Assembly (NCBI GenBank): GCA_963836075.1
Contig: CAWIIB010000009.1
Coordinates: 1,760,001-1,824,000 of the forward strand
Length of the DNA: 64,000 bases
Origin: an uncultured Acidobacteriota bacterium
GTDB lineage: Bacteria; Acidobacteriota; JAQAZP01
Direction of reading: 5' to 3'
Part shown: positions 51,468-60,745 of the stretch, in pieces
Layout: each line of letters begins with the position of its first letter
Numbering within the stretch: the first letter of the stretch is position 1
The notes under the pieces: generated by a model
What the model was told of the DNA's origin: nothing
Database searches by the model: none
Seen by the model: the letters and a program-made list of their open reading frames with translations, nothing else
Position numbers and translations under genes: made by a program

Positions 51468-53969
51468 ATGGAATCCGAAACAGGTGTCTGGTCCGGCTGG
51501 CAGGAAACACCCATATCCCAGGGCGAGATCGATATCAGTCTCGTCGAGGACCGGCTGGCGGAATTTCTGGGTCGCTACGGCGAGAAGAGCGTCGTCGGGC
51601 CGCGGCTGGCCGAGGTGCTGGGCCCGGGCGACGGCGAGGAGCGCCTGGCGCGGCTGATCGCGGCCTGCGGGTTCGAGGACCGGTCCGAGGCCTTTATCCG
51701 CACGGTTCTCGACCAGTTGAGCCGGACGTCGCCCCAATCCGTGGCGGACATCCGCCTGGGGGCCATCGTCCTGCCGCAGGAGATCCTGCTGCTCTTCCTC
51801 GAGGAGCTGCTGCCGGGCTCAGGTTTCGTCAACGTCCGCGAACTGGAGCACTATGAGGCTCTCTGCAACATCACGGTCCCCGATGAAGAGCGCGACCGCA
51901 TCCGCCGGGTGCTCCGCGAATACCCGGTGCGGCTGTCCCACCACACGCTGCGCCAGGTCCGGCTGTCCGAGGGAATCGGCTACCAGTACCTTCCCTTTGC
52001 CGACGAACTCTCGGAGGAGGGGCAGGTCCACACCTGGATTGGCCAGTTCCACCAGGGCGTGGTCGAGCAGATGTACGACAACCGGGTCATCATGGTGCTC
52101 CACATGAGCTGTCCGGTCTACTGCCGCTTCTGCTTCCGCAAGCACAAGGAGACTCGGGAACAGCTGCCGCCCACCATGGAGGACATCGACGCGGCGCTGG
52201 GCTACATCGCGGGCAACGACCACATCAGAGAGGTCGTGCTCACCGGCGGCGAGCCGCTGATGAACCGCAAGACGGTGGAGCAGTCGATCTACGGGCTGGC
52301 GCGCATCCCCCACATCGAGACCGTGCGCCTCGCCGCCCGCACCATCTCCTACCACCCCCAGATGCTGCGCCGCCGCAACGAGTTCTGGATGCGCTTTCTG
52401 ATCAAGGCGCGAGAGGACCTGGCGGTGGTCGGCAAGCACCTCGAGGTGGCCGGGCACTACATCCATCCGGACGAGGCGTCCATCGCCTCGCTCGAGGTCA
52501 TCGCCGAACTGGCACGAAACGGCATCCCGGTCTACGTCCAGACGCCCTTCCTCGCCGGCTGCAACGACGACGGCGAGGTCCTGGCCCGGCTCTATCACGA
52601 GCTGCGGCTGCGCGGGGCGGAGATGCACTACATCTTCTTCCCCTGCAGCGCGATCAAGGGGAACCGCCGCTACTGGAGCCCGATCGCGGCGGCGTTGCGC
52701 GCCGGCAACGAGTTGCGGGCCCTGCTCTCGGACCGGGCGATCCCTCACCTGACCACGGCGACCAGGATCGGCAAGATCGACTGGCTGACCAGCGGCTGGG
52801 CGGTGGAGCGCGACGAGGCGGACACCGCCTTCATCTGGATCCGGACACCCTACACCCGGCAGTACTTCTCCCAGTTCGTCGAGGCCGTGGAAGAGATCGA
52901 CGGTGTGCGCGAGAACGCGGACGGCATGCTCGAGGCGCGATTCATGGCCGATATCGGCGACGAGGCGCTCTTCGTCCGGCCCCGGGTCGAACTGCCGGAT
53001 GTCGACCAGGTGGACGACGAGGACCTGCCCTACGACGAGGAGCAGATCGCCGAGCTTTACGACTACCTGCCTGATATCGGACCCGATATCGTCTCCAGCG
53101 GCCTCGAGAAGCTCTGCCGCGTGCACCGCACCCGCGTCGAGCTGCGCGTGGATTGCGACGACGGGCAGCTCGGGCGGATCGTCGACTACGTGGCGGCCCA
53201 CCCGGCGATCACCGATGCCGTGCTGCGCACCGATACGCCCCTGCCGGACTCCCTGGACGAGATCGAACGCGCCGTCGCCGCCCTGCGAGCCGGCACCGAC
53301 GTGCGGTCGTTCCGGATGCGCAGCCGCATCTTTCACGAGGAGCCTTTGCTCTACGACGCCTCGGTGGTGGAGCGCTATGCGGCCCTGCAGAACCTCGACG
53401 TGGCCGACCCCGTGCGTTTCGAACTGGAGACGCTGGTGCTGAGCGCGGACCAGCTCGACGACAGCCACCGCCGGGTCGTGGAAAGCCTGCACCAGAACGG
53501 CGTGACCATCTATCTCAACAGCTGCCTGCTGCACAACGTCAACGACAGCGCCGCCGCGATGCGGGCGCTGTCGTCGAAGTGCCGCCGTTTCGGTTTCGAG
53601 TTCCACCACCTCTATGTCGCCGGCGCGCAGACCCAGCGTCGCTGGAACGCCGGACGGCCGGTGGACCTGGACACGATCATCGGCATCGCCACCGAGCTGC
53701 GCCGCACCGGCAGCGGCCGCGAACTCCCCCGCCTGATCGTCTCCACCGAACTGGGGGAGGTGGATTTCGGCCCGGGTTGCCACATCCGCCCCGGTCCCGC
53801 GCGCGGCACGGCGGAGATCACGCTGTGGCCCTACACCTTGGACTACTTCCGGGCCATGGACCCCGCCTTCGAGTGGCCGGAAGGGGTCCGCGAGGACGGG
53901 GGGTACCCGGTGGTCACCACGCCCGGGCTGCGCTGCAGGCACAGCTGGGGACCGCCGCGGCGCCCGTAA
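51468..53969 (+). CDS. KamA family (aminomutase-like) radical SAM protein with a degenerate second domain
   Basis: CPVYCRFCFRK, LTGGEPL, HYIHPDE, IGKID; RBS GAGAGGGAG and TGTTATAGT upstream of ATG 51468. Confidence 0.85.
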   Translation: MESETGVWSGWQETPISQGEIDISLVEDRLAEFLGRYGEKSVVGPRLAEVLGPGDGEERLARLIAACGFEDRSEAFIRTVLDQLSRTSPQSVADIRLGAIVLPQEILLLFLEELLPGSGFVNVRELEHYEALCNITVPDEERDRIRRVLREYPVRLSHHTLRQVRLSEGIGYQYLPFADELSEEGQVHTWIGQFHQGVVEQMYDNRVIMVLHMSCPVYCRFCFRKHKETREQLPPTMEDIDAALGYIAGNDHIREVVLTGGEPLMNRKTVEQSIYGLARIPHIETVRLAARTISYHPQMLRRRNEFWMRFLIKAREDLAVVGKHLEVAGHYIHPDEASIASLEVIAELARNGIPVYVQTPFLAGCNDDGEVLARLYHELRLRGAEMHYIFFPCSAIKGNRRYWSPIAAALRAGNELRALLSDRAIPHLTTATRIGKIDWLTSGWAVERDEADTAFIWIRTPYTRQYFSQFVEAVEEIDGVRENADGMLEARFMADIGDEALFVRPRVELPDVDQVDDEDLPYDEEQIAELYDYLPDIGPDIVSSGLEKLCRVHRTRVELRVDCDDGQLGRIVDYVAAHPAITDAVLRTDTPLPDSLDEIERAVAALRAGTDVRSFRMRSRIFHEEPLLYDASVVERYAALQNLDVADPVRFELETLVLSADQLDDSHRRVVESLHQNGVTIYLNSCLLHNVNDSAAAMRALSSKCRRFGFEFHHLYVAGAQTQRRWNAGRPVDLDTIIGIATELRRTGSGRELPRLIVSTELGEVDFGPGCHIRPGPARGTAEITLWPYTLDYFRAMDPAFEWPEGVREDGGYPVVTTPGLRCRHSWGPPRRP

Positions 53970-53972
53970 GGA

Positions 53973-54058
53973 TCAGGGGGATTCCTGTCACCTGGCAACT
54001 GTCCAGGTCAGTGTTTCCGGCCGGCGGATACGGCGGCTGGTTGTAGGGAAACGGCGCC
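53973..54058 (-). pseudogene. Orphaned 3' end of a tail B module
   Basis: Minus frame APFPYNQPPYPPAGNTDLDSCQVTGIP matches the C-termini ending at 19785 and 39579. Confidence 0.8.
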
Positions 54059-54068
54059 CTTCATCCAT

Positions 54069-57000
54069 TCAGAACCTTCCTGCCGCCACCACGGTGCCGT
54101 GGGTCAGGTTATGGTCCCCAAAGGCATCCAGCGAGAACCACTCGGTTACCTGGCCCCCATCATAACGATAAACTTTGACCGGCGTGGCCACTGAAGGATC
54201 AGGGCCCGCACCAACCACCATTTCATCGCTCCCGTCGCCGTCCAGATCGGCCCCGGCAAACACATTTGCGCCGTAGCGGGACTCGCCCGGATCCCAGGCA
54301 AAGAAGTTGATCGATGAGATGGCGGTCAGGGATGCACCATCATAGTTCCAGCCACGGACGTGGGCCCCGAACACAGCCCCGGGTCCGGCACCGGTGATGA
54401 TTTCGTCCAGTCCGTCGCTATCAATATCGCCGCAGGTCACGTTCACGCCAAACTTGTTCGTTCCGTAAGCGAGGAAGCTCACGCCCGATATGGGCGTGAC
54501 GGCGACGTTGTCATAGTTCCAGGCACGGACGTGCGGACCGTAAACCGCACCAGGACCGGCGCCGGTGACGATCTCGTCATACCCGTCACCGTCGATATCA
54601 CCGGTGGTCACGTTCACCCCCCACTTGGGAGTGCCGTAGGCGAAGAAGCTCACATCGGACATTGGGCTCACCGAACCACTACCGTCATAGTTCCAACCTC
54701 GGACATGGGGCCCGAACACGGCTCCGGGACCGGCCCCGGTGATGACTTCGTCAAACCCGTCACCGTCGATGTCGCCGCCGGTCACGTTCACGCCAAACTT
54801 GTTGGTTCCGTAGGCCAGGAAGCTGAGGCCAGGCAGCGGGGTTCCGTCAACCCGGAAGCCCCGGACGTGCGGCCCGTACACCGCCCCCGGGCCCGCCCCG
54901 GTGAGGATCTCGTCGAAATCGGTGCTGGTCAGGTGGGCGCAACTCACGTTGACCCCATACTGGGGAACGCCGTATGCGTCGAACTCGTTGATGAAAGCCC
55001 CATCGGGTTCCGGACGAAACAGGCGGACCAGCGGCGGATTGGTCGGGCCGGGTCCCGGCCCCACCGCCAGTTTCGTCAAACCGGTCGCGTTGAGCAGCAC
55101 CGACACGGTGTCGCTCCCCGAGTTTGCCGTAGCCAGGTCGGGCAGACCGTTGTGGTCCAGATCGCCAACGGCCACCCAGAGGGGATCCACACCGGTGCCA
55201 TAGTGCATGTCCGGCTGAAAGGTGCCGTCCCCGTTACCCCGGAAGATATGGAGTTGACCTTGGCTTTCCATGACGAGGATCAGATCCAGCGCTCCATCCT
55301 GGTCCAGATCCCGGGTGACCAGGGAAATAGGCCCAACCCAGGGGGCCACCTGCAGATACTCGGCAGGGAGGAAGGTGCCGTCACCGTATCCCCGAAGGAT
55401 CGCCACACGTGAATCGTTCGCATGAGCCACGGCCAGATCCAGGTGGCCGTCCTGGTCCAGATCTCCCAGGGCCATGGCGACGGGACGCGATCCCACACCG
55501 AAATGCGATTCGACCTGGAAGGTGCCGTCACCACGGCCCAACCAGACGGTGACATCGCCGCTCATCAGGTTCGTCGCGGCCAGGTCGGGCACACCGTCGC
55601 CGTTCAGGTCTCCCACAGCCACGAAATTGGGCGTGTCGCCGGCGTCATAGTCCACGGCGCTCTCGAAAGAACCGTCACCACGGCCCAGGAGGACGGAGAT
55701 GTTGTCACCCCAGTTGTTCGCCGTCACCAGGTCCAGGTTGGTGTCCCCGTCCAGGTCTGCCATGGCCACGGCACTGGCGCCCCAGTCCACCTCGTGGTTC
55801 ACCGGTGGTCCGAAGCTGCCGTCGCCGTTACCGGGCAGGACGGAAACACTTTTCTGCGGCGCGCTGGTCACCGCCAGGTCGAGATCACCGTCCCGGTCCA
55901 CATCCCCCAGGGCCAGTCCCCGGGGCAGCTCAAAGGTGACGAACTGCGCGGCGTCCCTGAACACGCCGTTCCCAAGGCCCATAAGGATGGAGACCGTGTC
56001 CCCCATGGGGTTTGTCACGGCCAGATCGGGGTGACCGTCACCGTCCAGATCGCCGACGGCCACTGATCCGGGGGACACACCGGCCCCGTACTCCGGTGTG
56101 GTTTGAAACGTTCCGTCGCCGAAGCCCGCCAGGACGCAGATACCGCCACCGGTCATGGCCAGATCAGGGTGGCCGTTTCCGTCGATGTCCTCGGCCACGA
56201 TCCCCGTGGCACCTACCGAGGCCGGGAACTGCACCGCGGGCTGGAATGTGCCGTCCCCGTTGCCGGTCAGAACAGCGACATCGTCACTCCACCTGTTCGC
56301 CACGGCCAGATCCCTGGCGCCATCCCCGTTCAGTTCGGCCACGATGACGGAATTTGATCCCTCTCCGGCGGCGTAATTTACCGCGGCCTGGAATGTGCCG
56401 TCCCCGTATCCGAGTTGGATGGAAACCTGGCCGCCCGACAGAAGGGTCACCGCCAGGTCGGTGTGGCCGTCACCGTCGAGATCGTCAAGGGCGATCCCGT
56501 TGGGCTGTACACCGACACCGTGATCTACTGCGCCCTGAAAAGACCCGTCCCCGTTGCCGAAGAGGATCGAGACGGAATCGCTGCTGAAGTTGACCACCGC
56601 CAGATCCAGGAAGCCGTCTTCGTCGAGATCGTCCGCGGCAATGGCAGAGGGCCAATCTCCCACCGCGTAATTCACAGCGCCCTGAAAGGTGCCATCACCA
56701 TTTCCCAGAAGGACGGCGACATCGTCGCTGGCTTTGTTTGCCGCGGCCAGGTCGGGATGACCGTCCGAATCGAAATCAGCCACGGCGATGTACTCCGGGG
56801 TTTCACCGGTGGGATAGGAAACCGCTTCCCGGAACGTACCGTCGCCATTGCCCGGCAGGATCGAAATGTAGTCCCCCCAGGAATTGGCCACCACCAGGTC
56901 GGGGGCACCGTCGCCATCCAGGTCCTCGGCGGTGACAAATACGGGGCGTTCCCCCGCGCCGTAGTGAACGGCCTCCCGGAAGCTCCATCCACCGTCCCCC

Positions 57001-57300
57001 AGCCTGACTGCAACGGTATCCGCATCCCGGTTGGCCGAGGCCAGGTCCGGACGACCGTCACCATTCAGGTCGGCAACGACCACCGAATACGTCGCCTCGC
57101 CAACCGAGGTACTCGAACTGCCCTTCGAACAGAATGGCCGCTTCAGCCGCCTGGGGCATGGCAACATGGGAGAAGATCGTGAAGAGAATCATAGCCGTGA
57201 GAACGGCCAGGATATTGAAGGGGGGAGTGCGGCGTTCGGCGGAAAAGGCAAGCAACCGGGCAAAGCAGACGACGACCGTGAGTTCTGCTCGTGTATCCAT
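54069..57300 (-). CDS. Secreted FG-GAP/VCBS repeat protein with tail A; apparent +1 frameshift near 57108 separates the leader peptide
   Basis: About 13 DLDGDGxxDLAVAN...VSILLGxGDGTF repeats; leader in ORF 57058-57300; QFEYSVGEAT is restored by removing one C. Confidence 0.85.
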
Positions 57301-57583
57301 GAAAAGCCTCTTAATCTTGGATACTAGGTAAAAGGCTGTTCATTCGTCAAGCCGAACTTTGTCTGCACAGTGCCTGATTGGCGGCCATTCTTGAAGCGGT
57401 TCAGAGCTTGCGGATTTCCTAACGCAGGTTCGATGGCTGGCTGCGGAAGCGGCGCTGGTGAAGGTCATCGGGGAATGATAGCCACCTGAATGATCAGATG
57501 CTCCAATAATCTACACTTTTAGTGTCACACCTGCTATGGTGAGTCAATAGAGTCAATAGTATGTGGGGAGGAAACGAGGATAC

Positions 57584-58085
57584 GCCCGACATCAGGCCCG
57601 ATATCGTCTCCAGCGGCCTCGAGAAGCTCTGCCGCGTGCACCGCACCCGTGTCGAGCTGCGCGTGGATTGCGACGACGGGCAGCTCAGGCGGATCGTCGA
57701 CTACGTGGCGGCCCACCCGGCGATCACCGATGCAGTGCTGCGCACCGATACGCCCCTGCCGGACTCCCTGGACGAGATCGAACGCGCCGTCGCCGCCGAG
57801 CTGCGCCGCACCGGCAGCGGCCGCGAACTCCCCCGCCTGATCGTCTCCACCGAACTGGGGGAGGTGGATTTCGGCCCGGGCTGCCACATCCGCCCCGGTC
57901 CCGAGCGCGGCACGGCGGAGATCACGCTGTGGCCCTACACCTTGGACTACTTCCGGGCCATGGACCCCGCCTTCGAGTGGCCGGAAGGGGTCCGCGAGGA
58001 CGGGGGGTACCCGGTGGTCACCACGCCCGGGCTGCGCTGCAGGCACAGCTGGGGACCGCCGCGGCGCCCGTAAGGATCAGGGGGA
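57584..58085 (+). pseudogene. Duplicated, internally deleted 3' end of the KamA-like gene
   Basis: Near-identical to 53069-53282 plus 53694-53981; 411-bp in-frame deletion; a few substitutions. Confidence 0.9.
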
Positions 58086-58219
58086 CCGCCACACGACGGC
58101 CCGGTGCAGCTGGACCAGTTCGGCCGGGCGATCGCTCGCTGGGATTCTTGACGCCAGGAAAGGAAGTCCCTATCCTTTTCCGCATTGGTCTCCGCTGCAG
58201 AAAACTCGGGATTCTCAAA

Positions 58220-59428
58220 TTGTCCGTTATAAAAACCATCTCGGGAAGCTACCACTGGCAAACCGCTGATGCCATCAAGTGGCCTGTGACAACCGAAACC
58301 GGCCCAGGTCTGCGCGGCGTCATTGCTTGTGACACACGCGTTAGCTGGCTCGACCCATCCAGCGGACTGCTGATGTATCGCGGCGAACCCGTGGAGCGGT
58401 TGGCGGGGTCGGTAAGTTTCGAAGATGTGGCCTTCTTATTAATCACCGGTGTCCCCGCAACGGTCGACCCCCAGCGCGCCACCGCGTTCGCGCAAAGACT
58501 GCGTTCCAGCCGGGAGTTGCCTCAGGATGTTGTGGCTCTGGTCCGTTCGATCGACCCCGGCGTTCACCCGACACGGATCTTACGCGCCGGTGTGTCGGCC
58601 CTGGGTTGTCACGAACTCTCGGTCACAGATGAACTTTCCGGGTCGAATCACTGGCGTGAGCTGCGCATCGTTGGGCAGGTTGCCGCCCTGGTGGCACTGA
58701 TAGCACGTCATCGCCGCGGGCTCGATCCCATCGCGGTCCCTGCGGACTGCAGCCTTGCCGCGGGCATGCTGCTGGCCCTCACCGGCCGTGAACCGGAACC
58801 CGAGGACGTGCGGGTGCTCGAGATGCTCTGGGTGCTTTACGCCGATCACGGGCTCGACGCGCCGACCTTCACATCCATGATTGTCGCCAGCTGCCACGCC
58901 GATCCGTATTACAACATTGTTGCCGGACTCTCAGCGCTGCGGGGCCCGCTGCTGGGCGGCGCCACCGAGTCGGTGCTTGAGCAGCTGTTGCCGCTGTCCA
59001 CACCCGCTGCTGCCCGCCAGTGGACCCGGCAGACCATCGCCAACGGTGCCCGGATCGCCGGCTTCGGCCACCGCCTGTACCACATGGCCGATCCCCGGGC
59101 GGTCGTGCTGCGCCGCGAGCTGGCCATCAGCGCCCGCCGGCATGGACAATCGAAGCTCTTCGATGTGGCAAGAGCTGTCGAGGAGGAAGCGGGGCGCACT
59201 CTGGCCGCCAGGGGCGTGCACGTCAATATCAATTTCTATGCCGCGCCGTTGTTCCACCTGGTGGGAGCCGAGGCGCCGCTGGTCCCGTGCCTCTATGCGG
59301 TTGGCCGGATGGCCGGTCTGGTGGCGCGCGTGTATGAATCACTCGAGTCGGACCGGCTCTATCGCCCGTTGAGCAACTACGTCGGCCCCGGGACACGGGC
59401 ACTGACCAGCCCTGGGTCATCCTCATGA
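58220..59428 (+). CDS. Citrate synthase-like protein lacking catalytic His and Asp (start uncertain, 58220 or 58286)
   Basis: GLRGV, LMYRG, ADHG, GPLLGGA, GFGHRLY, NINFY, RLYRP..YVGP. Confidence 0.8.
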   Translation: MSVIKTISGSYHWQTADAIKWPVTTETGPGLRGVIACDTRVSWLDPSSGLLMYRGEPVERLAGSVSFEDVAFLLITGVPATVDPQRATAFAQRLRSSRELPQDVVALVRSIDPGVHPTRILRAGVSALGCHELSVTDELSGSNHWRELRIVGQVAALVALIARHRRGLDPIAVPADCSLAAGMLLALTGREPEPEDVRVLEMLWVLYADHGLDAPTFTSMIVASCHADPYYNIVAGLSALRGPLLGGATESVLEQLLPLSTPAAARQWTRQTIANGARIAGFGHRLYHMADPRAVVLRRELAISARRHGQSKLFDVARAVEEEAGRTLAARGVHVNINFYAAPLFHLVGAEAPLVPCLYAVGRMAGLVARVYESLESDRLYRPLSNYVGPGTRALTSPGSSS

Positions 59429-60552
59429 TCGGTAATTCAATAGTGCCGGCCGTGCAGACGTACGGGCAGGGACTGGAGGGGCTGGTCGTGGGCGACACGT
59501 CGATCTCTAATATCGACGGCACCCAGGGCAAGCTGTGGTACCGCGGCTATGATGTCGAAGAACTCGCGCGGAATTGCTGCTTCGAGACGGTCAGCTATCT
59601 GGTGCTCTACGGTGAGCTGCCCAGCGACGAACGCCTCGACGCCTGGCGCCGGGAGCTGGCGCGCTGGCGCGTTCCCCCGAAAAGCGCGCTGGACGCTCTG
59701 ACCCGCGTGCCCGAGGCGGCCCACCCTCTGGCAAAGTATCGAACGATGCTCACTGTGGCGGCGTGTGAAGCCCAGGCCGTAGATGCGTCGAGCGACGATC
59801 TGAACTGGACACGACCGGCTCGCATCCTCTCGTGGTCGTCGAGCCTCGCCGCGGCGGCTGTCCGTCACCTCGATGGTGAAGGACCCGTTCAACCTCGCGA
59901 CGACCTCACCCACGCCGAGGCTTTCCTGTATCAGACCCTGGGACATGTTCCGTCCGAGCCGGAGACGCGGGCATTTGAGGTGTCGCTGATCGTGCAAGCC
60001 GAGCACGGCATTCACGCCGCTGCCCTGGCCGCACTCACCGTCAGTTCAACGGGGGCAGATATGGGCAGCGCGGTGCTGGCGGGCATGGGAGCCCTGTCGG
60101 GGATCCGTCACGGCGGTGCCAATCAACTGGCTTACGAGGCCATGGTGCCGCTGGCCGATGCTGCGGCTGCCAGACAGTGGGTGCGTGCGGGTCTGGAACG
60201 CCGTACGCGTTTCCCAGGTTTCGGACACCGTGTTTACCGCTGTCCCGATCCTCGTGTTCGCGTACTTGAACCGTATGCCGAGGCCTTACTCAGAAGCCAT
60301 GGTCTGGTCGAGCGCTGGGATGTCTACTGCGCACTCAAGAAAGGGGTCGAAGCGGCACTTGGCAGCAAGGGGATTTTCGCCAACGTCGACGGCATCACCG
60401 GTCTGATATACGGCCCGCTGGGTTTGCCGTCGAGCGCATTCCCGATCCCCTTCTGTCTCGCGATTCAAACCGGATGGATGGCCCACTGTCTCGAATATGC
60501 CCCCGGGGGCACCATGCTGGAGCCGGGGGCGGTATATGTTTCGGCACTGTAG
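59425..60552 (+). CDS. Citrate/2-methylcitrate synthase family protein
   Basis: GLEGL, LWYRGY, AEHG, RHGGAN, GFGHRVY..PDPR, NVD; ATGA overlap with the upstream paralog. Confidence 0.85.
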   Translation: MIGNSIVPAVQTYGQGLEGLVVGDTSISNIDGTQGKLWYRGYDVEELARNCCFETVSYLVLYGELPSDERLDAWRRELARWRVPPKSALDALTRVPEAAHPLAKYRTMLTVAACEAQAVDASSDDLNWTRPARILSWSSSLAAAAVRHLDGEGPVQPRDDLTHAEAFLYQTLGHVPSEPETRAFEVSLIVQAEHGIHAAALAALTVSSTGADMGSAVLAGMGALSGIRHGGANQLAYEAMVPLADAAAARQWVRAGLERRTRFPGFGHRVYRCPDPRVRVLEPYAEALLRSHGLVERWDVYCALKKGVEAALGSKGIFANVDGITGLIYGPLGLPSSAFPIPFCLAIQTGWMAHCLEYAPGGTMLEPGAVYVSAL

Positions 60553-60670
60553 GCGGGAAAAAGGGACTTGACCCGGGATGGCAGGGAACGCGCCTGGGCG
60601 TGAGCACGGTTGTTCCCCGGGCCGCCGGGGTGGACTGTGGATAACGAATGGCGGAGGCGGGGCAAAATCG

Positions 60671-60699
60671 TTGACGCTGGGAAAGGAATTCCCTACACT
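60671..60699 (+). promoter_or_regulatory. Sigma70-type promoter
   Basis: TTGACG-N17-TACACT upstream of the lipoprotein pair. Confidence 0.6.
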
Positions 60700-60745
60700 T
60701 TGGCCGCACGCCGGAAAACGAGTTGATGGTCCGCTGTGACATGGA

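Noticed and set aside
1632-57100. Recurrent DNA repeats as a CRISPR array or DGR template/variable repeats
   Set aside because: They are in-frame protein repeats with codon-level variation; there are no unique spacers, cas genes or reverse transcriptase.
57563-58219. Long N-terminal extension of the 621-aa citrate synthase-like ORF
   Set aside because: It is an off-frame reading of the duplicated KamA-like fragment; family similarity begins only near GLRGV.
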